From: Camelus dromedarius
Lineage: Eukaryota
Reading direction: 5' to 3'
Assembly (NCBI RefSeq): GCF_036321535.1
Contig: NC_087447.1
Location: 44,766,001 to 44,830,000, forward strand
DNA: 64,000 bases
Below, in pieces: positions 47,401 through 61,430 of the stretch (position 1 is the stretch's first letter; each line of letters opens with the position of its first letter). Below the pieces are notes generated by a model. The model did no database searches. It was not told the DNA's origin and saw only the letters and a program-made list of their open reading frames with translations. Made by a program: the position numbers and the translations under genes.

Positions 47401-50400
47401 AGGGGACAAGGAGCTGGGGAATGACGGCATCGGGTTTGGTGACTATCCTGGTTGTGAGGGGACAGGGTGAGGGGCTGGCATGTGGTGAGGGGCCGGGTGT
47501 GAGTGTCTCAGGTAGGGGAGCAGGGAGAGAGCCTCGGGGTGAGTGAGCAAGCAAGGAGCTGGCTAGCATGAGGGGCTGAGATGCTTTCTGAGGGTCAAGT
47601 GGAAGGGACTTTTGAACACTATTTCCCGAGGGGCTGGGGCTCCTGTAGGCAGGGGTGAGGGACAGCCCTGGGACCAGAGTGAGGGGCTGAGGCCTGTGCG
47701 GGGAGGAGGAGAGGATAGGGCAGAGGCTGGAGCATGCAGGCTGGTGGTGAATTGGGAGGGGGTTTAGGGCACGGCATGCAGGAAGGAATGAGTGTTGTGA
47801 GACTTGGGTAAAGGTGAGGTTGATTCTGAAGTCTCCTTAATGATGTGTCCTGCCCAGCGACAGCAATAGTTTTAGATTGAGTAGGACAGCTTGGGTGAAA
47901 GTGTTGTGCACTTGGCTCTTCTGCTCCATGGGCTTTACACATTTCGGAGTACCAAAAAATGAAGGCGTCATGGGCAATAGTAACAATGACAATGAAAATT
48001 ATTTTTGAGGCTTAGTCTTCAATGAAGTTATCACTGGAATCCTTGTTCCCTTAAGTTCCTCTTTGGGACTGCAAACTTGAAGATGGTCCTTCTCATGGAG
48101 ATTTTTTGGCTGTGACTTCCTATGTTTGTCTTTTCTCCACCTGCTTCTGGGCATCTTACTCCCTTGCTGTTCCTTACCTGTGCTGAGCCGTGGGGCGTTA
48201 ATGGTTGCCATCTATATTGGACTAACCACTGTCAATTACTAATTCTACTTTCATGGATATTATATAATTTGTTATATACAACGCTGTGTTTAGACTTCCA
48301 AACAGGATGACTTTGCTCTCATTTTCTTACAGTTAAATAAAAAACCCCCACTAATTTATGTAGAACAAAATACTTATATTTAAAATATACATGTTTGATG
48401 AGTTTTGACGTATGTTTACATCTGTGACACCATCACTACTTTCAAGATACTGAACATTTCTATGACCCCCAAAAGTTTTCTCCTATTAATTTACAATTCA
48501 TTCCATTGGGTTCACTTTATTAGCATTTTACAGGTCCCCTTTTCCCTGTCAATCCACATGCACGTGAAAATTTGGAATGTTCTAGAAACCTGGGTTAGCA
48601 CTTAGTGATAATGGTCCCTTTCACACCACTAACATTTCCTCTCTACTGATAGTCTGCCACAGAGCAGATACCTTCCCCAACCTCAGAAAGAGGTAGACCT
48701 TCCCTATCAAGATCATTCTCTGAGAATTAGGGGCAGCCCAATTCTCCATTCTGGTTTAGAGTCTGAACCTTAGAACCAACTTCTCTGTCCTATGGTATGT
48801 TTTTATTGCTTCTCTCTGGAAGCCAAACCAACTTTCATGCTGGTGGATCCCTTGACAATCTGCCCAGAGGGTCAGAACTGTATAGAACTTACACATGTAA
48901 TGAAAGGGTTTAGAGCAGTGATTCCTAAACGCTGGGCCAAGGACAGTACCAAGCCATGATAAATCTTTCATCTATTCAAGGTGTAAGGAGAGAAAGAAAT
49001 ATGGAACATCAGGTTTTCATAAAGATAAAATTCTTAGATTATCATTCCTATCCTTTGGTGTTAAAGTGCTCTCTCACTGAAGAAGGAATGGTGACAGTGG
49101 ATGATGGGTTTTAAAAAAACTGATATATTTGCCAAAATAAAAAGTAACAGTCCTATTTAGAATTTTTTAAAATCTATTTTTACTGGTTCTTGAAATCCAG
49201 AAATTTAGAGTGATGATGGTGTGGTTGCTGTATTATTGAGGAAACATGTTAATACAGTAATTCTACTATATAACTTCTGACATCTAAACAGCATTAATGC
49301 ATGAGATAGCAATCTCAAATTTTACTGGATTTACATAGATACTTTGTGAAGTATGCAAGGGCAGGAATTCATATTTTATAGTTGAGGAATCAAATTCAGA
49401 AGCCAGAGATCACATAGTGATAAAATGGCAAAGCTGGACCCCAAATTATGTCTCCTGAGAGTGACTTGGGAAAATAAAGTTTTTAACAGAGAATGAAGGT
49501 GATGTGGAGTAAAAAGCATGTGATGGATAGGAAGGTTGTGATGACATGGAGGACATGATACTGGCAAAAACCTTTTTTTAATGATTTGTAATTGTTCTGT
49601 CTACAAAAGATATTAAAGAGACTGTTAGGGTGACATAGGTTTGAAGATTCTGTTAATTAATGTTGCAAAGGCATAGGAACAGGAGTGCATAATACCTGGA
49701 TCACACTGTGATAATGATAGGGTGAGTCAAATCCCATGTCAGAGGGTTCTTAGGGACTGTCCAAATTCTTGGTTATTCTAAAGGAAGCACTGGGTTTGGT
49801 AAGCTTATTGTTTGCTATACTGAACTCTTTGTTGAATAGTAGTGCATTAAGTATAATGGATTTTGCCTTATGATACATAGCTGAGTAGATCTGAGAAGAT
49901 GAGACATAGATGAGGATGACAATGTAGAGACAGAAACATGTTCACGGTGCTGTATATAACCATTTATTCCACATCTGCTTTGTGCCAGGCAATCTGCTAA
50001 GTGCTGGGAGGACAAATTCATTCATTCATATATTAATTTATTTATTCATTCAGCAAATGCTTCTTCAACATGTAGCCTGCCCTCGAGATGCTCACATTTT
50101 AGGAGATAGCAAGATAAATAAGATGTGGTCCCCTGAGGTCTCAAGGAATTCTCATTCTGGTTGGGAGAGATAGACACACGAAAAGATAATTTCAATTTAG
50201 AGAGAGAATGTGAAATATAAAGATAAATCATCTTGAGGTGATTACTTCTCCGTAACCTAGTCTCAGTCTCTCTATGTTCCAGTCATATCTATGCAGTGAT
50301 CTACTATATCTCTACAGGCCTGGCAAAGTTAACATGTCCAAAACAGAACTCATTGAGTCTTTGCTCTGAAAGCCTGCTTTTGCACCATATGCTGTGTATC

Positions 50401-53400
50401 AGCCCAGGCAAGGACTTCAGTATCATCTTCTATTCTTTCTGCTCCTTCCTGCCCCCCACCCCCAACTCTAGGTAGTTAGTCATTAAAATCTTAATCCTTT
50501 TCCCTCTAAATTATCTCTGTTCTTTTCATCTCCATTGCTACATCTTCACTGTTAAGGCTTTAGTTTACTTCCTTCTCATCTCTCATCTGGATTTTTTCTC
50601 CCCCAACAGTCTCCTGCCTTCAGACTTGCTCTTTTCTAGCCCGTCCCTGGACTGATCTTTCTAAAAATACAAATTTGATCATGGAATTCCTCTGCTTAAA
50701 AACTTTTGGCTCTTTGTATTCTGTAGGACAACATCCAAGTTCCTTAATATGGCATCATTTGGCCTCGACTCACCTCTCCAGCTTCATCTCCTGCCACTCT
50801 CTACTCTGTTCTAGCTTGAATAAATTGTTCACAGTTCCCTAACAAATGTTACTCTTTTGAACCTTGAAATCTTTGTAATAGCTACTTCCTCTACTGGGAA
50901 TGCCTTCTCTTCTCTGCCCAATGAACTTTCCTCATCCATTAGGATCTAGTTCAGTTTCACCTCCTCTTTGACTTCTTTGTTACCCTCCTGCAAGAGGGGT
51001 GGATATAGCTGCTTGTGACATGGGGATTTACTGCTGTAAAGGGGAGTCACGCTGTGAGGTACAGGGGCTCTGCTGGGGTCAGGATGGGAGCCCCCTGCAC
51101 GATGCAGAGGTGGTCCTGGGGAGGGGGGAAGTGAGGTGGGACCAGATACTCATATCCCGTTTGTCTTATACGTGCAGGCTGAGGGGCAGACAAGCAGGGA
51201 GGCTATGTGTAAGCTGAGCTCTAGACTCTAGGCTTCTGTGAGGTGGGGTGTTTGTTTTCTTCCCTTTTGTATTCCTGTGAGGTTTTAATCAGATCTTTCT
51301 ACTTTCAGTATCTAGGGTAACAGCCCATCCCTGCCTCTTATGTCAGTAAGAGGAAGAGCCATTGTAGGGGGAGAGAAACTCAGAACCTCACTTACCCATT
51401 CTTAGAAGGTTGTTTTGGTCTCTCTCTGTCTGCTGTAGGTGTTGCAGGTGTATCCCTGCCCCCAGCTCCCGCTCTCTTTGCCTCTCCCAGGGCAAAGTTT
51501 CCTAAGTGAGGCTGAGCCACTTCCTGCCTTGTGCCTGCTGTTCTGAGGCTGGTGGACACCCTTGCTGAATGTGCCCATAAGGCCGTATTTTGGGCCCTAC
51601 GGTGAGTGCCTGACCTTGGCCATTTGGGGTCTGAAGGATCAGCTCCTTTTTTCCCTGTGGCTGAGCATGTAGGTAAACTTGGGAAGAGGGGTCTACTTTT
51701 TTCTAGACTTTGCTGTGGGAGGAAAGGGCCCAGTAAGAGTGGTGATTTCACTCTCTTCTTTGTCTTGTTCTGAACTTTTCAGGGTTAACAGGGAGCGAGG
51801 GAGTCTTACACAGGTGACAGGGACACCAATCTATGGCTTTCTTTTATGTTTTTACAGTGTGTGAAAAGGGCCCAGGTTAAGTGTTGGCTTTCAGGTTCTG
51901 AGACACTGATTTCAGTGGGGCTCTTCTCTTTGAGGTCTTTGAAAAGACATGAGGGTGGGGTGGGGAGGGAAAATGCTGGAGGCCACTTCCCCCTGGGTCT
52001 GTGAGCAGTGCCCTTTGTCAGTCAAGCAGAGGACCAGGAATAGGCACCCCAGGTAAATCGCAAGGTAGGATCTGTTTGTTAGTCTTTGGAATTGAGTTCC
52101 AGAGGCTGGAGGCAGTTTAGTTTTGGACACGTTAAGGCCTTACTTTGCTGAGGCTGGATGCTTGGCCCTTCTTCATCTCCCATGGGGTATGTGGTTGAGG
52201 TGGTGAGGATGGACATGTCAGAGCACGTTAGAACTCTCCCCTCTGTTGGAGATGAGGGCACCTTGGTCAGACAGGGTCAGGAGACAGAAGGGGGAAGGAA
52301 AATGTCACTTATAGAGCACCTACGCTTTGTGCCTGGACTGCTCCATAAGTTATCTTATTTAAGTCTTAAAGCAATAACAGTATATATTTCATCAGAAATT
52401 TATAGACAAGAAAACAGGCTCCAACGTATGAAGTGATTTATTTAATGGAGGACTGTGATTCAAACCTTTGTTTGAGGAACGCCACAGCTCATGCTTTATT
52501 TACTTCCTTGTATTACTCTTGCTTGACCTTAGGGCCCCTGTTTGTTTTCAGTCCTCAAGTGAAGTATGTTTGAGAAAGCATTCAGTCACCAGTAGACCTC
52601 TTGTATCACTTAGGGTCTTTGAAGGTAGCAAGCAGATGGCACAAATTAAGTTTGGGAAAATTTAATAGTAAAGGGACTATATTTACAAATTAGTGGGCAA
52701 ATGACTTTAAGGAAACCAGCAAGGGATGGTACAGTGTCCCAGGGCTAAGGACAGTGACAGGTCTAGTAGCAGGGGAGATTTCTTATCAGTAATCTCCACT
52801 GTTGGCTTTGCCTGCCTGAGCCCACACCTTCTTGGGACCTGAAGTACTAGGGCAGACGGGTAAGTGCCTTTTCCAGTGCTCCCTGCTGGTGATGGCCACT
52901 AGTCTGTGTGACTGTGTTTGATGGTTTATAGGAAACCCTGTGTGGGATGTATGTGAGCATCCACTCCATGGCTCTTCCACCTTCTTGCCCTGACCGTGAA
53001 TCTCTTGGGGTGAGGTGGGGGAGAGGGTAGGTGGGTGGGGGTGGTAGTAGCTATTAGCTTCCGTCTTCCAGTTTTCAGATTTACCTGAAGTGGCATCCGT
53101 CCTCTCTGTTTTACTATTTCCTTCTTTCTCAGAGGAAGTGGTATATTTCTGTTTCTCAGACTAATCCTATACCTGTTTTTTCTGTCAGTTTGCCCGTTGT
53201 ATTTATCTGTAACCTATTATTTTCTTTGGACTCCTTTTCCTCACTTGACAAACACCTCTGAGGCTCCCCGTCCGACCGACTAAAACTGACTGACTGTCAG
53301 TCACTTTTCATTGTAGTTTATCTTTCTATAGACTATACACTATACACTATGGGTAACCTTCAGTTTCTTGAAACTTTGTTTTCTTGATTTCTAGATTATC

Positions 53401-54539
53401 ATCATCTCTTGGATTTCTCCTTCCATTCCTGGCTATGCTCACAAGTCTTTTTTTTTAAAGACTCCTCTTCCTTTGCTTTCCTAAGTCCTAGTTTTTCCCA
53501 GGATGTCACCCTTGGCTCCTTTCAGGATCTGCTGATCGCTTTGGATGATTCCATCCACTTCTATAGCTTCATCTACCATGTATCAGCTGGTGACTCCTAG
53601 TCTTGATTTTACTTACCCTTGAGCTCAAGTATAATATTTGTCTTGCTTTCCGGACGTCATGGTTTTCCCATAGGTGTCTCAAAACACAACACATCCAAAA
53701 CTGTGCTCATCCTGTTTTCTAAAACACAGTTCCTTTGTTATGTGTTCCTAGTCTATTAATGGAGTTATCTTTTACTAAGTCTCTTATACTTCATGTTAGG
53801 GGCTTCTCTTATCCTCCCTTCATTTGGTGGGTCCGATTGCTTCTACTTCACAATTAAGTTAAATCTGGAGGCAGGTTATCTGCATTTGTATCTCATTCTT
53901 GCCACTTTCTGGCTAACTTTGACAATTTATTTAACTTTTCTAGGCTTTGATTTCCTCATGTGTAAAATGGAGATAATAATACATCTAGCATTTTTAGTAG
54001 GCTTAAATGAGCTACTCCATGTGGTGCTTAGAGTGGAGCCTGGCACATAGTAGTGCTCAATATATGTTAGCTATTATAAGTTTTAAATTCAGCATTTGGT
54101 TCCACAGACATATTTGAAGGCCAGGTGCTGCGTTGGCACTGGGATTTCAAAGAAGAGTGGATGCTGTGGTCCCTTTTGTCAGGGAGCTTGCTATTAGTGA
54201 CAGTGGTATTACAGGTGTAAACAATTTCATTACCACATGGGACATGCTAAGATTGAGGTGAATCTAAGATTTATCTTTTCTTTTCTAACTCTGCTCTTAT
54301 CACTTTAGTTCATGCCATCGTGTCCTTGTTTAAGAACGTCCTTTGTCTCAGTAGATAAAACTCAAATTCCTAGCATGATATTTGATGATATTTATAACCT
54401 TCACCCATGTTTCCCCTTCCACTCAGTATTGTATCTCTCTTCTCTAAATAGTCTGTGATGAAGCCACACCAAACTTGCAACTGTTCTTCAGATTTGCCAT
54501 GCTCTTTCGCAGTGCTGTGTTTTTGCACATACTGTTTTT

Positions 54540-54688
54540 TAAAACATTTTTTAAAATTAAAGTATAGTTGATTTACAATGTTGTGTTAGTTTCTAGTGTA
54601 CAGCACAGTGATTCAGTTACACATATATATCTTCTTCATATTCTTTTTCATTATAGCTTATTATAAGATATTAAATGTAGTTCCCTGG
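54540..54688 (-). mobile_element. Short L1 3' tail with 13-bp TSD
   Basis: ACATACTGTTTTT at 54527-54539 and 54689-54701. Confidence 0.8.
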
Positions 54689-56793
54689 ACATACTGTTTT
54701 TAATACGAAGAAGGCATTTCCCTCTGCGCTTTGTGGCCCGTATCTTGTTAAAGATTTAAGTCAGATATCACTTCTTTTCTGGAATCCTCTTATAGTCTCC
54801 CAGGTAGAATTAGTTGCTTTCCTTTGTGCTCCCATGACATTTTTGTAAATACCTCTGTTTATAGTATTTATTGGCATTTTTCTTTATGCTCCCCCCAACT
54901 GTTTTTATCCATTGTTTGTTTCCAGTGCTTTCTTAGCACAGTGTGGTGTACATTGAGCTGATGGATGAGTAAGCCCTGCCTGCTGCTTAGGACTGGCCCC
55001 ACCCTTTATAATACTGTCTTTTGTTCTCCAGAAAGTTTCCTTAAGCATAGCTACTACCTTCCTTTAGTTTAGCGAGCAGATAATGGTGAGAGAGAGTAAA
55101 TCTGGGTAGAAGGGGATGGTGCTTAATATAGCCGGAGGGCAAAGTATGGGGCTTTTGCCAGGTCTCCCAGTTCCTTTAGCCCTTGTTGAGTATAAAGAGG
55201 AAGGACAACTGAACCCCGCCTTTCCTCTGAAGTTTCCATTACTTGTGAGATATCGTTGAGAGACAGTCCTGCTGAGGGGGTGGTAGATGTGATGAAGAAG
55301 GAACTGTGAGCCCTGGCTGAGTTCAACAGCTCTTTTGGTGCTTTTCTCCTTTCTCTAGTGAGGATGTCATGTCATGGCCCCAGGAGTGAGTGTCCGATGC
55401 ATCTGACAGGAGAGGGTATGTGTGTGTTCATGGGAGGGTATCCATGTGTTCTTTGCTAGAATGAAAATTCTTTTTTGAGTGGCTCTGAATTTTCACGTCT
55501 TGAGAGTATTCAGCAAATTAAAGGTCTGTTTGTCTGTTTCCTACTGAGTGGGCTTTTAGGGAGGGACCTGCAATAGATAGAAAAAAATTTCTTCCTTGTT
55601 GATCCCAGAGGGCTGGAGTCAGATCAAGACTGGATTTCAGATCGTTCATTTGTTTGTTCGTTCATTTGTTCATTCACTGAAGCATCCGTACACTCAGCAA
55701 ATATTTATTGAGTCCTTAGGCACTGCTCTTGGTACTGGGGATACAACAGTAAACAAAACAGAGGCGCCTTGTCCTCAACAAGCTTACACTGTAGTGGGGA
55801 AGATAGTCAAATAAATAAGCAGATAAATATTTTTAGATAGTGAAAATACTGCTGAAAAGAAACTAGGATTAGGAAGCTAGAGAGTGAAGGTGGGCAGATG
55901 TGCTATTCAGTTAGAATTGTTAAGTATGTCCTCTCTGAGGAGATGGCATTTGAAGAGAACTGAAGGATGTGAACAGTGTGAGGATCAGGAAAGAGCACAG
56001 CGGACAGAGGGAAGAGGAGGTGTTCAGGAAGACCTGAATGAGTGAGGCCTGAGTGCGGACCGGCTTGTACAGATTACGTAGTTCCCTGGAGGCCAGTGTA
56101 AAGGATTTGGATTGTTACCAGTGTGATAGGGAACCACTGGAGGGTATTCAGCAGAGGAGGAATGTAGTATAATTTATGTTTTAAAAATATCACTCTGGTT
56201 GCTGTGTGGAGAATAGACTCTCGGAGTGGGGGAGGGGGAAACTGGAAGCATGGGAGACCAGATTAGAAGTTATTGCAACAGTGAGACTTGTTTTGAGGGT
56301 ATAGACAATAGGTTGATGAACTGGTTATTGGAAGTACAGAAAAGAGGAAAGAAGGCTGATGCCCAGGTGAGCAAGTAGGTGAATATTGCTATCATTTATT
56401 AAGATGGAGAAGGCTGGGGTGGGGGGGTAACAGTTTGGTATTGGAATGAATTCTGTTTTAGACATGTTGAGTTTAAGGTGCTGACTGTGAGTGTGCATGT
56501 ATGTGTGGAGTTTTCAGTGGAGTGGTGGTTCTGAGTTCTTCCTGCTGTGGGTAGAGAGAAGCAAACTTCTGTTAACCTCTTTTTCCTTTCTCTTTGGATT
56601 AGATTTGTAGGTCTGGATTGGGCAGTGACCTCTGGGCTCACTACTCCAGCCTGGTGCATCTTTTGGCTCCATGGACAGCTGCTGGCTCCTACAGACCGGA
56701 TGAAGCAGACTAGAGACACAAGTGGAGAAAGTCTCCAGCTGGCATATTCTCAGAGTGTGGCCCTCTGGCCGCTGGCCCTGCCCAGCCTGCTTC

Positions 56794-56931
56794 ATGGAGA
56801 GGATGAACTGGCTGAGCAGGCTGGCCTCCCGGGCCCCTGGGCACCGTGTACCACAAGGGGCCAGTCTGCAGACCCCTGTCATGGCTGACCCTGAGACCTG
56901 CCTCATGGTCTTCAAGAATCACTGGTCCCAG
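56794..56931 (+). CDS. FHIP1B: FHF complex subunit HOOK-interacting protein 1B (FAM160A2), first coding exon
   Basis: MERMNWLSRLASRAPGHRVPQGASLQTPVMADPETCLMVFKNHWSQ; GT donor at 56932. Confidence 0.93.
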
Positions 56932-57060
56932 GTAGGAGACTGTATGCTGAAGGGCCCAGTCTACTGACTGCCCGAATCCTTCTAACCTTCTCTGTTCTCT
57001 CACCTTGCCACCTAGTCACCTTATCATCTTAGATTCCTTCTTGCTGTCCTGTTTCTACAG

Positions 57061-57699
57061 GTGGTGCGAATCCTGGAGCGGCAAGGCCCTCGGGCAGCGC
57101 CTGGGGGCGCAGACGATCTCAGTGCTGTGCGAAACCACACTTACCAGATGCTGACCCTGTTGGCAGAGGATCGTGCAGTCCCCTCGGCCCCCTCAGCTCC
57201 TGGGCCCCTGCTGGAGTTTGCTCTGCGCGAGGATCTTCTCACCCGTGTATTGGCCTGGCAGCTTCAGTGGGATGAGCTTGGAGATGGGGTTGAGGAACGG
57301 CGGGCTGAGCAACTGAAACTCTTTGAGATGCTAGTGAGCGAAGCTCGCCAGCCACTGTTGCGGCATGGTCCAGTTCGTGAGGCTCTGCTGATCTTGCTGG
57401 ACGCCTGTGGCCGCCCTGTGCCCAGTAACCCAGCACTGGATGAAGGCCTGGTGCTACTTCTCAGCCAGCTGTGCGTGTGTCTGGCCCGGGAGCCCTCATT
57501 GCTCGAGTTCTTCCTGCAGCCACCTCCTGAGCCCGGAGCTGCTCCCCGTCTTCTCCTCTTTTCTCGCCTTGTCCCCTTCGTCCATCGAGAGGGCACCCTA
57601 GGCCAGCAGGCCCGTGACTCCCTACTCCTGCTCATGGCTCTGTCAGCTGGGAGCCCCACTGTGGGCCGCTATATTGCAGATCACTCTTACTTCTGCCCG
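57061..57699 (+). CDS. FHIP1B: FHIP1B coding exon 2
   Basis: VVRILERQG...AVRNHTYQML...GRYIADHSYFCP; AG/GT, phase 0. Confidence 0.95.
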
Positions 57700-58061
57700 G
57701 TCAGCACCTCCTGGGATGGGGGGTAGGGTATGGCGTGCAGACACTGGGCAGCACCTTGCTGTGCAGGAGATGGGGAGGGGCTATGTACCAGGGTCTTCTC
57801 TTTCAAGAAGTAGCCCCTCAGGTTTGAAAGCAGTGCCTGGAGTTAGGGTGGGGATGAACCATGGGCTTATGTGGATAAGGCAGGTATGAAGGCTCTTCAT
57901 GGGCCAGTGTTCCACATGATGTCTTGGCACCTTGGGTAACTAAATACCTGCTGGTAATAGCTCTTCCCTCTACTCTCATAAAGGCTGAGTTAATAGTTCT
58001 CTGTTCCCCCTTTTTATATGGTCTGAGCCTTTGGTAACGTGTCCTTGGGGATGGCCCCCAG

Positions 58062-58220
58062 GTGCTGGCCACAGGGCTGAGTGCCCTGTACTCTTCACTG
58101 CCCCGAAAGATTGAAGTTCCAGGTGATGACTGGCACTGCCTGCGACGGGAGGACTGGCTGGGAGTGCCAGCCCTTGCGCTCTTCATGAGTTCCCTAGAGT
58201 TCTGCAATGCAGTCATTCAG
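58062..58220 (+). CDS. FHIP1B: FHIP1B coding exon 3
   Basis: VLATGLSALYSSLPRKIE...LEFCNAVIQ. Confidence 0.95.
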
Positions 58221-58412
58221 GTGGGATTGGGGTTCCCAGGAAGGCTGGCCCTTGGTCATTCTGGGGAGATGGGTGGGAGAGGGCGCATTCCCCAGAGTTC
58301 TGGTTTTCTGCCATCTGGGAGGTAGGGTACCTACTTGTACTATACCATTCTACTCCCTTCCAGACAGTGGTCCCCTTCAAAATCCTCCACCCTCTCTCTT
58401 GCACCCCTACAG

Positions 58413-58499
58413 GTGGCTCACCCCCTGGTGCAAAAGCAGCTTGTTGATTATATCCATAATGGGTTCCTGGTGCCTGTCATGGGCCCTGCCCTGCACAAG
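58413..58499 (+). CDS. FHIP1B: FHIP1B coding exon 4
   Basis: VAHPLVQKQLVDYIHNGFLVPVMGPALHK. Confidence 0.95.
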
Positions 58500-58708
58500 G
58501 TGAGTCATGGATGGAAGGCAGATTAAGGGATTAATTAGGCTGAGGGATGGTCCCCTCAATGCCAGGATCAATGTGGGAGGCTGTGGGGTGTGTACTTCTC
58601 CCTTTTTCCCTGTCTGCTCCTAGTTACCTTGTTAGAACTTAGGGAAAGTGGCTCAGTGTATATGCGGGGAAGCCCTAAATTTCCAAACTTTCCCTTCCCT
58701 TCGTCCAG

Positions 58709-58876
58709 ACCTCTGTGGAGGAGATGATCGCCAGTACCGCCTATCTGGAACTTTTCCTACGGAGTATCTCAGAGCCTGCCTTGCTCCGTACCTTCCTGCG
58801 ATTCCTGCTGTTACACCGGCATGACACCCACACCATCCTTGACACGCTTGTTGCCCGTATTGGCAGCAACTCCCGG
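58709..58876 (+). CDS. FHIP1B: FHIP1B coding exon 5
   Basis: TSVEEMIASTAYLELFLRSISEP...RIGSNSR. Confidence 0.95.
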
Positions 58877-60847
58877 GTATGGCCCCTACCTCTGCCCTGG
58901 CTTACCTGGGTGAGCCATCTTCTCTCTCTGACCTCTGTTCTGGGAGAGTGTTCCTGCCCTTCTTTGGCCTTTGTCTCCAGCAATTACTTCAGAGTTAGGT
59001 GGCATTTTCTTTCTAGTGTTAAACTTAACTGTTTTGGGTACAATTTTAATGTGCCTACTTGCTTTTATAGTACATGAATCACACAGTCACCTTTCCTGGA
59101 TGTCTTTGGCTGCTCATCGGGGCTACATGTTTTGCATCTGTGCGACACTTGTAATGTAGCATTGGCCTGGGATTCTCTCTAGCTGTGTAGCGCTCTGTGG
59201 CTTGCTGTGGGTGACCTGAGATCTCTTCTTCACATTTTGTGTCTGCTTTGATACGTGGTCCAGGTGCTAATAGTATTTTTACCTTCTCTTCCCTTTGGAT
59301 TTGCTGCATTTGAGCTGCTGTAACTTGGGGTACCCATCCGCACACCTACCAATTACATTCCTTCCTCCTGAGCATTTTTACAGAATGTTCATTAGGTGTC
59401 ATACTGTTCTCTGGTACTGAGGATATGATGGGAAACAGTAGTTGCTGACTTCATGGAGCTTCCTTCACAGAGGAAGTAGATAAGCAAGCATATAACTAGA
59501 ATAATTGAAAGTTGTTATGAAAAAACCAGCAGGGTGCTTAGAAAACCATAGGGTGGTCAAAAAGCCTCTCTGAGGAGGTGACATTGGTAGAGACCTAAAG
59601 GTCGTGAGGGAGTTAGCCTGTTGAAGAGCAAGTGGAAGAACAGTCTAGGCAGAGGGAGCGGTGCACTCAAAGGACGTCAACGGGGGACGAGCTTAATGTG
59701 TTCGAGGAAATGAAGACCAGTGTGACTGGAGGTGTAGCGAGCAGAGGGGAGAATGAAAGGGAGGTGAGATTCAGATCATGCGTGGCTTGTGGACCGTGGT
59801 AAGTTTGGATTTTTACCAATAGAAATGTATATAAAATAGGAGTAAATTGTTTCTAAGTAGTAAGTCTTTCTTAGGGCAATAAAGCCTTAGTTTAGCCATG
59901 GACTTTATGGCATTTATTCTGGCTCTGGCACCATTTTTGTTTCCTTCTTTTCTTACAAATAATTGAGGTTCTCTGGGTCCTTGTGTTAAAAATAGAAGTT
60001 CTTGGATCACTGAAGATTCCAGAAAACTGCTCTAGATAATTGAGGAACCTAGTTGTAGGGTTCCAGGTAGGTGAGGCTCTGAAAGAGCGATGATTTGTAT
60101 AGTTGAGGTTTCTGAGTAGCTGAGTCAGTGTATATATGAGATACTGTAGACTCACTCTGACTTGACCAATGTTTCTGAACTAAGTGTACACTTTAAAATT
60201 TGAAAATAACAACTGCAACAACAAATTCTAAGCTCTGCCTTAGATCTCTTGAGTTATAATCTTTGGGAGTAGGCCCAAGGCATATGTGCTTTTACGGTGT
60301 TCCAAAATGTGATATGATACATGCCTTGGATTAAGAATTTTGGTGTAAACCAATAGGGAGTAGGTGTCAAAGTTTTAATTTTACAAAACTAAAATTTTAA
60401 TTCTCATCATGCTGAAGTCAGACCATGGTCTTAAATCTGGCCTCTTGGAATGTCCTGTTTGTGTTTCGGGAACATTGATTTCCTTCTTAGGGTTGATTTT
60501 TTTTTTTCCCTCTCTGCTGGGCTCTGTCCATCTTGTTTTTGTCTTAATCTTATCCTGACTTCTTTGATTTTCCCTCATTGTGTAGTTTTTATTTCTGTTA
60601 GTGTCACATTTGGTCCTCTGGTCTCAGGAGCCTTTCATGTTCCTGGGGTATTTCTTCTTTGTTCCCGGTTCTTAGAGGAGCCAGGTCTCTTCTGATTTCA
60701 GGATGCCATGGTAAACATGCAGATGCTTTCCTTTCCCCTGTTTGGTCCTTTTAAGCTGGGTTCTGTTGGCCTGTGTAACTGCTGTAGCCTGTCTTTTGTG
60801 GCTTCGGGTGAATCATGTTGGCCACCCAGTCTGAGTGCTTGAGTATC

Positions 60848-61430
60848 TGTATTACTTTCCTATTGCTGTCATAACAAATTGCTACAAACATAGTAGCTTA
60901 AAACAACATAGATTTATTATCTTACAGTTCTGTAAGTCACATATCTGATATGGACCTCACTCCGCTAGAATCAGTGTCAGCAGGGCTGTGTCCTTTCTTG
61001 AGGCTCTAAGAGAAAATCTGTTTCCTTGCTCAGTTGGGTCATCGGTGGAACTTATTTCATTGTAGTTACAGGACTGAGATTCCTGTTTTCTTGCTGGCTG
61101 TCAGCTGAGGACCATTCCCAGCTTCTAGAGTCCAACCAAATCCTTGGCCTGTGACCCCTTCTTCCATCTTCAGAGCCATCAGTGGATGATCAAGCCCCTC
61201 TCATGCTTCAAATCTCTCATCCTTTTTGACCCATCTGGAAGAGGTTTTCTGCTTTTAAAGACTTACGTGATTTGATTGCACACCTGGATAATCCGGGATA
61301 CTCTCCATCTCAAATTCCATAACCTTAATCATACCTGCAAAGTCCCTTCTGCCATGTAAGATGAAATATTTACAGGTTCTAGAGATTAGGACCTGGACGT
61401 CTGAGGCGGGCAGTTTTTCTGCCTATCACA
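60848..61430 (-). mobile_element. MLT1 (D/E-like) MaLR LTR in FHIP1B intron
   Basis: tgtattactttcctattgctg...cttaaaacaaca...ctgcaaagtccc...gcctatcaca. Confidence 0.75.
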
